From the NCBI RefSeq assembly GCF_009914755.1, contig NC_060933.1: a stretch of 64,000 nt of DNA, one strand, 5' to 3'. The notes beneath the pieces are model-generated. The model did not search any database, was not told where the DNA came from, and saw nothing but the letters and a program-made list of their open reading frames with translations. A program made the translations under genes and the position numbers. Positions 25,930-43,572 of the stretch are shown here, in pieces. The stretch's first letter is position 1; the number at the start of each line of letters is the position of its first letter. The DNA is from the human T2T-CHM13v2.0 reference genome, Homo sapiens.

Positions 25930-28140
25930 CATGCTTTACATATTTTGAAGCTGTTTCATTAAATGCATATAGATTGGGAATTGTTTTATCTCCCTTAAAG
26001 TTGATTTTTTGTAATTATGAAATATCCTTGTTTATTTCTAATAATGCCTCCTGCATGTAAGTCTGCATTCTCTGATGATAGTACTGTATAGCTATGCCGG
26101 ATTTCTTCTGATTATTGTTTTCATGGAATAACTTTTTCCATTCTTTACTTTCAAACTTTTTGTCTTCATATGTAAGGACTCTTTCTTTATTATTTAAACC
26201 GAATCTGGAAATCATTGAGTTTTAGTTGTTATATTTAGTCCACTTATATTAAATGTAATTACTGACATATGTGAAATTGTAGCTGACATGTTACTCTCTG
26301 TTTTATATTTGGTTCACTTGTTTTATACTCCTTTTTCTCTCCTCTTCTTTTGGGTTAATCAAGTTTAATTTTTCCAGTTTTTCCACTATTGTTTGCTGTT
26401 CTAATTTTGTTCCCCCAGGTACTTGAGCTACTACTTTTATCACTTTCCAAACAATACTAGGATGTAAGTACAACTTATGTTAGTTTAGTTAAACTCTTCC
26501 CACCATGTGTGCTATGTTGACACATTTTAGTTTCATACATACATGTGTATATGTGTACATATATTTTTAATCACAAAATTTAATATAATTTTGTTTGCAA
26601 TCAGTATTCACTTGAATCTACTCACATATTTACTTTCTCTGCATTTTCATGCTCTTTCTGAATCAAATTCGTTCAGCTAGAAAGACTCCTTTTAATATTT
26701 GTCTTAGCCCAGTTCTACTGGTAATAAATTGTCATATAGCTTTTGTTTGCTTGAAAATTGTCTTTATTTTATGTGAACTTCTGAAGGCTGTTTCAGCTTG
26801 CTGGAGAATACGGTCTGTAGTTATTTTCTTTCGGCCTTTTAAAGATGGCATTCTATTGTTTTCATGATATTTATTAAGAAATCAATAGGTAATTGATTTT
26901 TATCCTATAAGGGAAATGTGTATTTTTCTTCTGGTTACTTTTGAGAATTTATTCTTTGTCTTTGATTTTCAGCAGTTTTGCCTTGATGTGGCTATTTTAG
27001 TTTTCACTGAATTTGTCCTCTTTGGATTTCACTAAATTTCTTTTTTCTGTGCATTGATTATTAGATTGGGTAATTCTTCACTGTTACTTCTTCAAAATAT
27101 TGCCTCTGTCTCGCATTTCCTTTCCTCCTTTCTGAGACTCCAATTACATCTGTCTGAGATGTTTGTATCTTATTTTCTTTCTTTGTCTCTCTCTTTCTCC
27201 CTCCTCCTGCTTCTCTCTCTCCCTCTCCTCTTTCATCTTTTCTTTCTATTTATGCTGCAGTCTAGACATTGTGTACTGCTTTATCTTCTATACTACTAAT
27301 CAGATCTTCTGCTGTGACCAATCTGTTGTTGAATATGCCAGTGAGCTATTAATTTTAGTTATTGCGATTTTCAGTTTGGGAATTTCTGTTCATGTATCCT
27401 AGTGAAACTCCTTATCTTGCTCTCTATTTTCCTGGAAATATTAATTACAGTTATTTTAAAGATTTTTCGTTAACTTCAATATCTGGATTATCTCTTGATC
27501 TTTTCCATTGTCTGGTTTTTGTTTCCGTTTTGATGTCTGATAATTTTGGCTGAATTCTGGACATGTTGGACAGAAATTTGTAGAGGCTAGAGAAGACAAA
27601 GTGATCCCCCAGTGAATCCCCACCACAGCCTCTGATAGGCTTCTAGATTAGGCACAGTTGTTAATTCAAATCAGCATTTAACTGACTCAGTGCAGCGTCT
27701 CAGTCCCCATGAGGCCTAGTTGATATCTTATATCTGGAGTACAATGCTTCACTAGTCCCAACTGAGATTTGAAGGCCTTTGCCAAAACATTTTTTTGAAA
27801 ATCTCTGAATTCTGCCATCTGACTCCTAATTGTGATGAGTCTACAGAGACCCCTGCTTCGTGACCCAGCCTCATAGCTGTCCTGTCACTTTCTGCTTGGC
27901 CACCTTGTCTCTTGCCCATTGCTCCTTGGGAGTTGACCAGTGCTTCAAGGGTAAAAGCAGAAAGAGTGTTCTGAGCTTGTCTTCTAAGATCTTTACATTC
28001 TTGAGTCCTGGCAGTCATAGTAGATCTTTAAAACTTTCAAGAAGATTATTTAAACTTTACTTGGTACACATTTTCTACTTGTCCTTGGTAGGAAGTGTAG
28101 TCTTCTGAATGTTTGCTTGTCATAACTGAAAATATAACTA
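25930..28140 (-). mobile_element. Old L1 (L1M-type) fragments, antisense
   Basis: T-rich. Minus-strand translation resembles ORF2 endonuclease (KEWKKLFHENNNQKKSGIAI). Confidence 0.65.
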
Positions 28141-28315
28141 ACTGCATTTCTTTTAATGCCATGGGAAATGTATTGAAGAAAACAAAGTGTATATAATTTT
28201 TTCATATAATAATGTGTTTATAATACAATCTACTTAATATTTTGGAAAATTATTTTTCTGTAAAACACTGAAGTGCTAATTAAATTTCAATAAATATTTT
28301 TTAAAAATAAATAAA

Positions 28316-28599
28316 GCCGGTCACAGTGGCTCATGCCTGTAATCCCAGGACTTTAGGAGGCCAAGGCAGGCAGATTACTTGATTGCCCAGCCTGGGCAAC
28401 ACAGCAAAACTCCATCTCTACAAAAAATACAAAAATTATCTGGACATGGTGGTGTGTGCCTGTAGTCCCAGCTACTCAGTAGGCTGAGGTGTGAGGGTCG
28501 CTTGATCCCAGTGAGGTCAAGGCTGCAGTGAGCCAAGATCATGCCACTGTACTCCAGCCTGCGTGGCAGAGTGAGACCTTGTCTCAAAAAAAATAAAAA
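28316..28599 (+). mobile_element. Alu (AluJ-like)
   Basis: Alu dimer with J-type gaggtcaaggctgcagtgagc. Confidence 0.9.
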
Positions 28600-29059
28600 T
28601 TTGTAATAAAAAAGTAAAATAAATAGAAACTCAAAATAAGATGAAAAAGTAAATCCATGTCCATCAGAAATAAGTAAGTTGAAGAATTGGAATGTGAACC
28701 TACTCACAGAGGATTCCAGACTCTGTGCAATCAACTATCTTTACCAGGAAATGGGAGAAGGAGAAAAGAGAGAGGAAAGAAAAGAAATAGAGAGGAAAGA
28801 TCATGCATGAAAATTAAAGATAGAGATCAAGGCCTTTACTGAGAATGCAGAACCAAGGCCTGTTTTCCCTAAGTTCCTCTTATTATGCCCAGAAGGAAAG
28901 AAAATATGTGAGTGAATAAAGGCAAATATTTCCTAGGAAAGCTTTGTGTATTCATCGATTGCAGGATTCAATATTCTTATCATCCTCCCCGAATTGATCT
29001 ACGGAATCCCAATACATCTATTCTAACTTATTATTATATTAAAATGAATCATCACTAGT

Positions 29060-29780
29060 CTTTAGAGAAATAAAATCACAATGAGAAACCACTATACACC
29101 TAGCAGAAAGGCTAAAATTAAAAAGGGTGGAAACACCAAGTGTTTGGCAAAGATATGGAATTCTCATACATTGCTGGTGGGAAATGTGAAAATGATACTA
29201 TCACTTTGGAAAACAATTTGGCATTCTTCTAAGCTAAATATACACTTAATATATAGCTCAGCAATTCCACTCCCATGTATTTACCCAGCAGAAATGAATG
29301 CATATGTCAACATAAAGATGTATGTGTGAATGTTCCTAGCAGCTTTATTTATAAGAGTTTAAACCTGGAAACAGTTCAAATGTCTATCAGCAGGTAAATG
29401 GATAAACAAGTTGTCAAACAGTTGAATACCCCAAGCAATAAGAAAGAACAGACTGTTGATATATGCAACAGCATGTGTGTATCTCAAAAATGTTACACTT
29501 AGCAAGGAACTCAGACACAAAAGAACACATACACGATACAATTTTATGAAATTTTGGAACTGACAAAACTAATCTGTAGTTACGGAATGTAGATCATTGG
29601 TTTCCTGGGTCTGGGTCTGGGTCTCGGTGACAGTGTTGGGAGTTTGATGCAAATGGCAATTAGTGAGTTGATATGAAATTGCCTACACCTTGATTCTTTG
29701 GCAATAACGTAGGTATATATATTTGTTAAAACTCATTGAACTATAACCTTAAATTTATTGAATATAAATTATAACTCTAT
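29060..29780 (+). mobile_element. Old L1 3' end (L1MC/ME-like)
   Basis: ORF2 C-terminal MRNHYTPSRKAKIKK..., gcaattccactcc, and a 3' UTR-like tail. Confidence 0.75.
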
Positions 29781-29816
29781 GAAAATGATATTTATGTTTC
29801 CATATTGGCAATTGTG

Positions 29817-30115
29817 GGTTTTGTTGTTGTTTTTTTGAGAGGGAGTCTCTCTCTGTTGCCCAGGCTGGAGTGCAGTGGAGCAATCCTGGCTCACTGCAAC
29901 CTCTGCCTCCTGGGTTCAAGCTATTCTCCCACCTCAGCCTCCTGAGTAGCTGAGATCACAGGCATGCACCACTACACCCAGCTGATTTTTTTGTATTTTT
30001 AGTAGAAATTTTACCATGTTGCCCAGGCTGGTCTTGAACTCCTGACCTCAAATGATACACCTGCCTTTGCCTCCTAAAGTGCTAGGATTACAGTGTGAGC
30101 CACTGTGCCTCACCC
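29817..30115 (-). mobile_element. Alu
   Basis: Alu dimer with TSD-like catattgg. Confidence 0.9.
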
Positions 30116-30605
30116 CATATTGGAATTAATATTCAATTTATTTAGAGAGTAAACCTCTGTAATTTGCCCATTATCCCTGATAAATCATCCTGAAGCCTTT
30201 GTGTCATCACAGCTACCTAGTTAGCTTATTAAATATGCAAACCCCTGGGTCTCAACCACAGAAATCCTGATTCCTGGTCTGGTTGAGGCTCACGTTCTAA
30301 AGTCTCCAAGTGGTCACTCCTAGTCAATCTGAGTGAAGGTGATTGATAGAACACTTTAAGAAAATTTCTGTGGAATCGTGTTTTTTTTTTTTTTCTTTTG
30401 TAAGACATCAGTGTTTGCACCCTATGGAATCTTGCTGTTTTCAAGCAATGTTTTCCTCTCAATGTTGATGTTTCCCCTGAAAAGGCAGTACAAGGTAGGA
30501 TGGGGATGAGACATGCCTGTGCTTAGAATGACAGTGAGAAGTAGAAAAGTAGTAATGAGAAGCCAGATTTAAGAGTACATTCTGGGTGTGAAAAATGTGA
30601 AAGTA

Positions 30606-30897
<292 letters not shown>

Positions 30898-32371
30898 GTA
30901 AAATGTGAAGATAAAATATGGCGTAAGGAAATAAAGGAAATAACAACTCAAAATTACTTATGTCTTAGCTTTTCAGAGGCGTCATACTTTGCAGGAGTCT
31001 AAAGCAGGTAGACTCCTTCCTTATCCTTTCTTAGAAGTCATTCTGGACCAGATGCCTGTTTACAGAAGCATCACTGTGAATGTGGCAGAAACAATCATAT
31101 TTCAGGATTATATGTCCTCTTTTCCATACTGTGGGATCCTTAAAAGTAATTCATTGTCTTCTGCATTTTTATCTTTCACCTGCATATGGAAGGCTTTCAG
31201 TGAATATTAGCTGTATGAATGAGGACATAACACATTTTAGCAAAATTACTTCTGACACAGTTCTTCCTTGTATGACAAAGTTCTTTATCTGCAAGAATTC
31301 GTATTTGGGAACTTTGTGAACACATCTGTCCTTAGCTTTTCCGGTATTCTTTGAGGAAGTGTGACAAAAACATTATAATTGCACCAATAATCTTCAAGTA
31401 TCATTTAAAAACTCTCGTGGTCCTCTAACACAAGAAAATGAGATAGATATATTAATACTTCTGAGTAAGATTTAGGTTACCAGTGATTGAAGTGAGTCAG
31501 CCCAGGAACAAGCTGGCTGGCAGAGAAGGAGCTGTGTAAGTGTGGATGAATGGTTGTAAATCTCTTTTTCCTGGTGGAAACTGAAGATTTCCTAGGTCCT
31601 TCAAAAATTAAATCTGCTATCATTTTAAGCTGTCTACTTTCCTATATATCCCCTATGTGCTATTTTAAACTCATTTCCACCTCTTTTTCTGCCCAGTGCC
31701 CTGACAATAATAATGAAGCAGTCGTTCACTGAAGGTACCCCATGTGCCCAGCACTGTTGTAAAAGTACAAATACTAACTCATTTAACCCTCACAACGATC
31801 TTGTGAGAGAGGAGTGTATGTGTTCTCACTTCACTTATGAGTAGACTGAGGCAGAGAGAGGCTATGTAACTTTTCCAGGATGGAGTCAGGATTCAAGCCC
31901 ACACAGTATATACTCTAGTGTACTAGAAAATGTGGCTCCTGATCTAATGGTGACAGACTAACATGTCAGGGGTCCACATTGCTAATACTGATCGAGATTC
32001 AGCAATCAAAACTATAATCTTAATTAATAAAGCTAATAATTATAAACTAAATTCATATAAAATTAGAAAAGCACTTCCTGCTTTAAGCCACAAGCTAAGT
32101 TTTCTTTATTCATTTTGGATAGCAAGGCTTTCATTCTGAAAACTTTGAGGAACGTTGGATTTTATCGTAAACATAATAAGTGACATTAATTTTCCAGTAT
32201 CCCACTACATTTCCTATTTATATAATTGAATTTCATACAAAGGATTTTTTCCAACAGATTTCTGAGAAAAGATTATATTAAATGTGTTACTGGAATTATT
32301 TTATTTTAGTGTATTATTCAAATATATATTGTAGGGGAATATTTGCATTGATTATGGCTAGGTAGAACTGT

Positions 32372-32625
32372 TCTTTCTTGAAATGGGGTCTTGCTGTGTT
32401 GCCCAGGCTGGGGTGCAGTGACACAAGCACTGCTCACTGCAGCCTCCACCTCCCGAGCTCAAGCGATCCTCCCACCTCCCCCTTCCAAGTAGCTGGGAAT
32501 ATAAGCAAGTGCGACCAGTCTTGCCATGCTGCCCAGGCTGGTCTCGAACTCTTGGGCCCAAGTGATCTGCCCGCGTCAGCCTCCCAAAGGGCTGGGATTA
32601 CAAGCATGAGCCACTGCACCTGACC
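32372..32625 (-). mobile_element. Alu (AluJ-like, internal deletion)
   Basis: Alu arms present but the central A-rich linker is missing. Confidence 0.85.
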
Positions 32626-34166
32626 AGCTGGGAGAACTTTTCTTTGCTCTTGCAAGTGTTTTAAAATGCTAAAAGTATGACTTTTGTGGACAAGTGAGAA
32701 GAGAGTTTACCTTTTAGCATTACTTCTAAAGACCAAGACTTGAAATTTTGCTTCTCCAGTGGGAGGATCTTATTCAAGAGGGACTACATGGGAGTTGTCC
32801 CTCTCCAGTGCTGATCTTGGTGGGCTCATTACTGTTGACTTATTGAACTCAATGCTTTCCATCCCAAGCATCATTTTTTGTTTCATATTTTTATGTATTG
32901 ACTTCATAAATCATAGAATGTTTTATGATTTTTAGAAAGTTTGGATTTACAATTCATTAATCTGCTTTTATTTTAAAATATGCATAATGAGCTATAAGTA
33001 TATTCTTAAATTTCTAGATACAAGCACTAGCGATTACAATAAAGAAAAAATCAAGGTATTAGCTAAAGAACAAAAGAGTTTCAAGGTCATTGCTTTATGT
33101 CTCTTTTACTTGATAAGTTTTTTACTATTCTATTTGCCTGAGGGAAACATTCCAGGAACTGTACTTCACATGCCTTAGAAGATCAATACTGCTGTTGGAG
33201 AGTAATAGTAAACATAGAATGAGAAAAAGAAATGTATAGGTTGCAATAATCCAGAAAAAACCTTTTCGGGAAGAAAACTTTGTTAGTCAACTAAAAAAAA
33301 AATAGCTCAAATATTAGCATTTTCTTTAAGCAACAAATAAAGACATGATTATAAGTATAAGGGAAGTGCTAAAAATGTGAAAGTCTGTAGTCAATCTTTT
33401 TCAAGTTTCCCTTAGTTCATGGCCAGGGAATAATAATCTTAGATGTCTTCATTTACATTTGACAGAGAGTTTTGTTTTTATCATGAACACATAATAAGTT
33501 ATGTAACAAGGAATAATTGTTTAATTTACACATATTTTACTCAGAATGTGCTTATTCATCATGCACTTGATACATTAATTCCTTGTAAGTACATTAACCC
33601 AATGTGAGAAAATCAAACTTCTAAATTTTAAAATGATACATAAAATGGAGAACTTTTGAAGTGCAGTTTATTATATGTATTTCAGATACTGTGAATGAAA
33701 TGGATAGCCATGCAAAAAGTACTAGTAATATTTTTGTGAAATTAAATATAATTAAACAATGCCATCTTATTGGCTTGAATGACATCAGCTCATCAGCTTC
33801 AAATAGTTTCATATTTCACTAGGTTTTCATGCATCTTCATTTATTAAATAAATATATTTTTCAAAGGACAATTGCTTATTTTTCTTTTTACTTTTAAAAA
33901 GAAGAGATTTTCTGGGTAATATTAATTTCTTCATGTGATTTTGACAAATATTATCAAATATTATTTTATATTACTGATAAAATGAAACAACTTGTTTTTT
34001 GATGAGCTGAACATATGTGACATTTATAGTGAATTTATAAGACCCTGACAGAGTGCTGAGAGAGTGTGGCAGCATTGGAGTTCTGACAAGCTACAGCAGG
34101 AAGAACCAAAACAGAGGTGTTAAGGCCATGCTCTCTCAACAAAGCATCCAAGAAAACAAAACCTCT

Positions 34167-34224
34167 GTGCCTTTGTCAGTCAGGGCTCTCCAGAGAAACA
34201 GAACCAATAGGATGTCTGTGTGCC

Positions 34225-34281
<57 letters not shown>

Positions 34282-34590
34282 TTTTAAGGAATTGGCTTAC
34301 CTGATTGTAAGGACTGGCAAGTCCTAGGTAAGAGGTGATATTGCAGCTGGAGTCCAGAGGTTGTCTGGAGGCAAAATTCCTTCTTTCCTAGAGAACTTCA
34401 GTTTTCTTTCTTTCTCTTACAGCCTTCAACTGATTGGATGAGGCCCACCCACGTTATAGAGTTTAACCTGCTTTACTCAATGTTTACTGATTTAATATTG
34501 GTTACCTCTAAAAAATACCTGCACTGCAACATCAAGACTAGTGTTTGACCAAAAGCTGTTTACCATGGCCTAGCCAAGTTGACACATTGC
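34167..34590 (-). mobile_element. MLT2-like (ERVL) LTR with (TG)n(AG)n microsatellite at about 34225-34280
   Basis: tccagagaaacagaaccaatagga...gattggatgaggcccaccca...ccatggcctagccaagttgacaca. Confidence 0.85.
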
Positions 34591-35165
34591 AGTGCCCATT
34601 AGCAGTACCATTAGCTGAGGGTTGAGAAAAATATTACATGTCAGCTCATTTAAAATACATTTATTACATGTCTAAAGCAGTAATTAATAAGTATGATATG
34701 TGTTTCTGTATCTTTACAGACAAAATCTTTAGTAAAGTAGGTACATGTGTAAGAATTAAGAGAAGCCAAAGCTACTGGGAATGAACAAAGGTATTTAAAT
34801 TGAGTGACACTGATATTTAATATAAGAGTGACCTTAAAATAAATAATTTATGTAGTGAAATATGACTTCTTTCCTGAGTGTTTTTAATCAAACAGAATGA
34901 GAAGAAATGGGCTGCTCTAAAGATAAGAGCCATTGGGAGTAGATTAATAAAAGCATTTCTAGATGATGAAGTTTGAGAAAATGTTAGAAAAATCTAACAG
35001 TGGGTATTACATATATCAACTCCTGATGCCACCAGAAAATATATTATTGTCAGTTGTTTCCTTCAGTGAATGGCTTAGAAATACAATGTGTGTCTATGTG
35101 TGTGTGGTGTGGCATATGGATGCACACATTTTCAATGTGCTACTGTATGGCATATTTATATTTAG

Positions 35166-35429
<264 letters not shown>

Positions 35430-36043
35430 TAAAAAAAATCTGTTTACATTTGTTGGTACTCAGTCTTTTCACAGTTAGATAAAATGACCATATAATTCAT
35501 CATCTAAACCAGAACACCTTTAAGAAATAAAAAATACACAAGTGATAGTTACTCTGGGACAGTAAGTGCAAAGTAGAACTGCAATGAACAAATGTAAATG
35601 AAAGTTTAAGAGCATTACTACCAGATGCATGCAATACATATCCTAAGTATGATTTCTGTAAACAGCATATATTTTGACAAACTGTGCAAGATCACCATAT
35701 GTGTGTATAATATATATGTAATATATGATTATCCATATCATAGACAATACATCATTATAAAATTATGAGATAATGCTGATAATGAGGTTCTAAGAAAGAA
35801 AATATTTGCAATGTAAATCCAAATGTCATGAGTAATAGAAAAAATACTAAGAAAAATTTCAACAAAGTGTAGAATTGAACTTAAAAAAATAAAAACAGGG
35901 TAAGGTTATTGTGTTCAAGATAGGGAGAAAGTGAGAAAACAACTCTGTAAGATGGAAAGTTGGATGCAAACTGTGATGCTCAACTAAAAAAGGGAAGCCG
36001 TGATTTTGAACAGAAATAACTGTTTTTTTCCTTCTCCTTTTAA

Positions 36044-36244
<201 letters not shown>

Positions 36245-36977
36245 TAGTTTAAATTAAATATAACCTGAAAAATAAGGTAGCTGCATAGAGAAATGCCATT
36301 TTATAGTAATTCATAACTAAGTTGACTAATAGTAATAGGTATGTCTGTCCCGGTACTATGAAACTGTTTATGCCTTCTAATAGGTCAGTTTATTATAATA
36401 GATCATCTTTTCCACCTTGAAAAGAAGTAAACAGTCAGTGTTAGGTTTAGGAAATCCACAAATGCAGAAATACCAAGGTAGCAAGCATTGTTATTAAATG
36501 TACTCATTTGAATATATTTCATTTGAAATTTCATCTGGTATATTACACTTGTTGTTTGACTATGCAGATTCCTGGGGGATTTTTTTTCTTGTCTTGGTGC
36601 AATCCTAACCAACATAGCATTATTTAGGATCACTTTGAGAAGTTAACAAGATAAACACCAATAGATTTATTAAATAACAAGAAAGTCAGATGCTCACATA
36701 TAAATAATATCCTGATATTTTTTAAGTCATTAATGCTTTTTGCAACCCATTGCCCATATGTATCTAAGCTACACTGTTAAATAGCATCTATTCTTCCAGT
36801 CCTTCACAGGACACCTTAAAGTGTATGAAGGATCAGAACAAACCAGAAAAACTGTGATATTTACTGGCATAAGTGGCTTTGGCATATAATATTAAACTGA
36901 AGATCCTAGTCCTATACTGGATTATTCAGTTTTATTACTTTAATTTAACCATGTAATAGCAAAAGATAATATCTAAT

Positions 36978-37225
36978 GCAGAGGTTGGCAAACTGGGCAT
37001 CAGGCCAAGTTTGGACATTTTTTAATTAAAAAAATACAAAGCCTGTTTTTGTTCAAAAGAGAAGGTTTTATTGGAACATATTCTCTTTCTTTATGTGTTG
37101 TCCGTGGCCACATTGGTACTTCGTGTCAGAGTTGAGTGCTGCAAAAGAGATCATATGACCCACAAAGGGTAAATTTAACTACATGGCTGAAAATTTCAAC
37201 GTGGCAGAAAATGTGTGTTGACTTC
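36978..37225 (+). mobile_element. MER58-like (hAT-Charlie) MITE
   Basis: cagaggttggcaaact...gttttattggaaca...cagagttgagt...atgacccacaaag. Confidence 0.7.
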
Positions 37226-37391
37226 TTCCTTTTAAGTTTGTTCAAAACTGTGTGGTGCCAGAAATAAAGGTATTAACAGCTGCCATTATGATAGAACACT
37301 TCATTTGGAATAAGCAAGCATGCAAATATAAGATAATGGGAATGGATTTGTGACAATTAGTACTAGACCTATTAATTTATAAATGCTTTAA

Positions 37392-37733
<342 letters not shown>

Positions 37734-37736
37734 TAG

Positions 37737-38640
<904 letters not shown>

Positions 38641-40516
38641 TAATATAGTAATTTTTATTATGCATAAAAAGTTATAAAGTAAATATGCCTCATGGGACAT
38701 CATTGTTTCATTTTTATATGAAATAAAGTAACTTTCTATTTTTACATGGAAATCAGAATTCATATGTCTCACGTGTTTTTGGTGTTGTTATCCACAGGAG
38801 ACCAATCATTTTGCAATGGCAGTCCCTAATGATCTATTCCCTAATCAACTGGAAATACTTCCAAATCAGTTAATAAACTTCTTTCAATGTTTAAAGTTTG
38901 AAATATCTAAGTTGGGTTAAAGGGAAAGCTCATGTTTAGTTGTCAGTGTATCTCAGCAGCACATCATGGGAATATTTATTTGTATTGTTGGAAACATGTT
39001 TTCTTTCCTGTTATGTGCTGGAGGAGTTGGCTCATGGGTTGCAGGACCAAAACCTGAAAATATCTCTGACTGTGTGTCACCAGACCACACAATGAATACA
39101 TCACTTAGGTTAGCATGAGAAAAGGGGAAAAACAGCTGTGAAGCCCATGAACTTTCCAAGAAGGTAAAGGAGAAAAAAAAAAAAAGTTGGGTTTGAAGTC
39201 TAAGTTTTACTATGAACAGCACCCTGCTGAGATCATAAAAATGAAAAATACCATCAAGATACATGAAAAAGGAAACACCAAAGGGAAGAGTGATAACAAG
39301 GCTCCACAGAGTGCAGTTTCCTTTGACAAGATGAAAAAGAAATGAAAAGAGGAAGGAGATAAATGGAACAGCCCTCTACCTAAAGTTTCTGTCCATGGAG
39401 AAACTGACATTTAAGTGCTGCTCAACAGGAAAAAGAAAAAAGACCTGGTTATTGAAGTTGGCTTTGTTGGAGATGCGTTACTCAGATACAGATACAAAGA
39501 TGGGTTTGGCCAATGGGCATCCGTGTCAAGAAGCCTGACCTAACACGTTCTGAATATTAAGCTACCTTTTATCTGCCAGTCCTTGGTGTTCAGAAGAATC
39601 CCTCCTCCTCACCCTAACTTCTATGGGGCTATTTCCAAAGACACTGTCATTGAAGTGAGGAAGAGTGAGTTGGGCCTTATGACACAAAGAGACAAGACTA
39701 TTTGAGGACAATAGACACAGGTTTTCATATACATTCCATGTTATTCTGAATTACTGATGGGTTCACTGATGGAATTATTGAGTATAGCCAATAAGGAGAA
39801 CCACAGTTAAGCTGGTGTCTCTGGGTTCTGGATATCATCCTCAAGAAAACTATTTACTAATTACATTGAATGAGGTTATTAAAATGTGTAAGTTTCACAC
39901 AAAAAAAAGACAATTCATTCCAAATTGTGCATATGGATATATAATGTTAATTATGGGAATTCCATTTTAAGAATTACTACAATTCTATGTGTTCTGTATA
40001 AAAACAGGAAAATAGTTGTTCCAATATATAAAAGGAAAACATTTAAAAATGTATTTTCTTGGGAAAATCAGTTGCCAGAATTCATTAGTCAACTAACAAG
40101 CACTCCTCTGTGGCAAGAAGCCCTGCTTCTCTGTTGTAGCAGGCAGCTACCCACCTAAATGATGAGGTCAAGAAATATACAGCTGATAAAAAGATAAAAA
40201 ATATGTAATAGTCCAGTGATTACATGTGTACTACGGATCAGCGCCAATTAGTTGTAAGCTTTTGGTATTTAGCTCGTTACAGCAAATGTTTTCTTTTTTA
40301 AATTTTCTTCTGCAAATGTTTTCTTGTCATGAAAACTGTTTTCCATTTAGCAGAATTACAAAAATAGTCAAGAAGAAATGTTCTGATTGATGTATACAGT
40401 TAGAATGTGTATTAAAGATTATTATAAAATGATAACTGAATTATATCCATTTCTAAAGTATGTTGGGACAAAATTTTTTAAACATGTGATTCTGTTTTGA
40501 AAATTGTTTTACCACT

Positions 40517-40691
40517 GGATCAGTGTGGTTCTTAAACTTGGCTTTATCTTGGAGTCACCAGAGGAGATTCAAAAGATACCTTTACCTGGCTCCACCTCCA
40601 GAGATCGGGATTTTAAATGGTCTGTATCTGGATTTTAAGAGCCCTTCTGGTGATTCGACTGTTTAGCTAGGTTTGAGAGCCACTACCCTAG
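40517..40691. mobile_element. MER5-like (hAT-Charlie) MITE
   Basis: gtggttcttaaacttggc...ggtgattc...gtttgagagccact terminal inverted repeats. Confidence 0.7.
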
Positions 40692-41927
40692 ATGAGCTGT
40701 CCTGCTCCAGTAACATTCTTTTTCTAAAATCATTTATAGTATATTAGAAATAAATCCATGGAAATTCCAAGTAAAATCAGAATTACTGTGGTTTTTCTCT
40801 GGAACTGAAATTCCTACGTGTGAATAATGCCCAAGAATTGCTTATTCCTTTCACCAGCCAAACAAAGCAAAACAAACAAACAAACAAAAACCATTTAAAA
40901 ACCTAGTAAGATGTTGACTTACCAGATATTAAAGCATGCTAAAAGCTTCTATACTAGAATCAGTATGGTAGTGGATAGGAACAGAGAAGTCAGTAGAACA
41001 GTCAAGATCTCAGAAAGATCCCAGTTTATGTGCAAAGTTGTTAGTAACAAGGAATGTGGCTCAATTCAGTGGAACAGGGATGAATTATTTCTGAAATTCT
41101 GCCGGAACAAACAAGTGTCCATAAGGCAGAAAATAAGCATGATCACTATCTTATACACACTAAGAATATGTAAATTAAAGAGGATGAGAAACAAACAACA
41201 ATCTTAAAGAAAATCTATGAGGTTGTATGTAGGACCTAGGGTAGTATGAAACTTTCTTAACAAAGATTGGAAACTCAGAAGCTGTAAAATACAATATAGA
41301 CATAATTGACTATATAAAAACATCAATGTTTTCATGCTAAAAATACTATATGCAAACATTGTATATAACTATTAGATCTGAAAACCATTTGAAAGGCTGT
41401 CAAATATAACTTTCCAACAGCTAAAAATATGACCAATACAAATATCAAATAAGCATGTGTCAAAGATTTAGTCAATTCGTTAATGAGGGAACCAGTAAAA
41501 TAGTAAGCTGGTTCAATAGAGATTTTGAGGATTGTGTAGAGAAGACCAAATGTTGCTCAGGAGAAAGACTGAGTATGAAAATGTCCTGTTATTTGCTGTA
41601 TCCTCAGGGCTAGCACAGGGCCTGGAAAATAGCTGGCATAGATTAAACTCCTGTTGAACTAAAATTATATTGAGACTCCTTTACTAATGCTGAGAAGTAG
41701 AGAAGTGGAGAATTTCTCACACACATACAGAAAGCCACATGGATGTCTGCCCAATTATAATAATACTTATGTTGAAAGAGAAGATAAATGTCATAGATTT
41801 CAGCTTTAGCAGGCAGACTAATCCTGGATTGATAAAAAGCCTTGTACGTCTTCGTAAAATCTGGCTTTAATTAGATAGAAGCACCACCTGTAAGGCTGCT
41901 CAATGTGCTCTTTTGTTTTATTTATAG

Positions 41928-42251
<324 letters not shown>

Positions 42252-43572
42252 TGAGTGAGGCAGTGAGATGCTCCATGCCCCCACTAGAGGAACAGATTGC
42301 TGCTTCCTTTTAGACTGTTCTGTGTGGTACACCCCGCTGCCACTAAAGTGTTCTTTTGACCAAAATGACTATATATGAGAAATATGAAATGCATATTTCT
42401 GCAGATGTACCTTCCCATATACAAGGAATACCCTTGAGCTCCATTTCCTGACAAACATATACCAGCCTCCATCCCAAAGAACTAGGGTCAGGACCTCATG
42501 GAACAGACAATACCTAGAGGCACATTCCTCTCCTGTCCTCCTTCTCCTTTCCCTTCTCCGCCCTGCCGCTCAGGGTCTGTGCACAAATATTCTATACACA
42601 GTAGGCAATTGATAACTATCACTTTACAGGGAAAGATGCCCGGCAAATACCAAGAGTTCTTATTCTTTCATTGATGGCTGATTCGTTTTCTGGGATAGCC
42701 GGGCACCCTGGAAGAATCTCAGCTCCTCCACTTACTGCCCTTCTGAAATGTAAATCACGAAGCCTCCTAAGCCTCAGCTGTTTTCACTTGTGAAGTGGTA
42801 AACCTCAGATCTCCTTTGCAGGGAGAACAATAGGAAGTCTGATTTTATTAGCACAATGCCCACCCCACACACAGGCCCTCACATCCCCACTCCCCATCAG
42901 GGCCTGTTTTTGTTGGGCAAATGCTAGGTTAGGGGCTCAAATCCCATGAAGCCAGACTGAGTTACAATAGATGGGAACTAATCTCACATGCAGTCAGATG
43001 TGGGCAAGTTTGTTAACTACAGAGCTTCTGGATTCTGATGATTGGATTTGCAGATGGGAGGAGCACTGGGTCCTAAATTGACATTGTGCCTAAATTGGCA
43101 TCGGAACTAAATGGGGGCTTTAAAAAAAAAAAGCGTAATCTGAAAAAGAAAAAGGCACAGACGAAGAGGCTGACTTCTGCTTGAGACCAGGGGGATATCA
43201 TACTCAAAAAAAGATTCCTTTTGGCTGTAAGAGGCACACGTGACTATACTGCTATTAAATGTTGTGGTACGAAAGCACGATTTCAAGACCCGTGAAGAAA
43301 TTCGGAGGGTGGGGCCTTATCTCAGTACTTCTGGAACAATCAGGCAAGTCCTGGGTGTTAGAATCTGTGTCCACCTCACACAGGTGTTTCAGGGGAGATA
43401 AAACAGATATTCAGAGGAGACGTATATTTTTTATCTTTTAGAAATGCAAACCTAGTTTCCATTTCCTCACGAATAAGATTTTTTCCAAGAAAGGTTAAAA
43501 TCGTGACCCACACACAGATACAGAATGAACACATGTCAGAGATTTTCTTTAACTCATTGATGAGAGAACCAG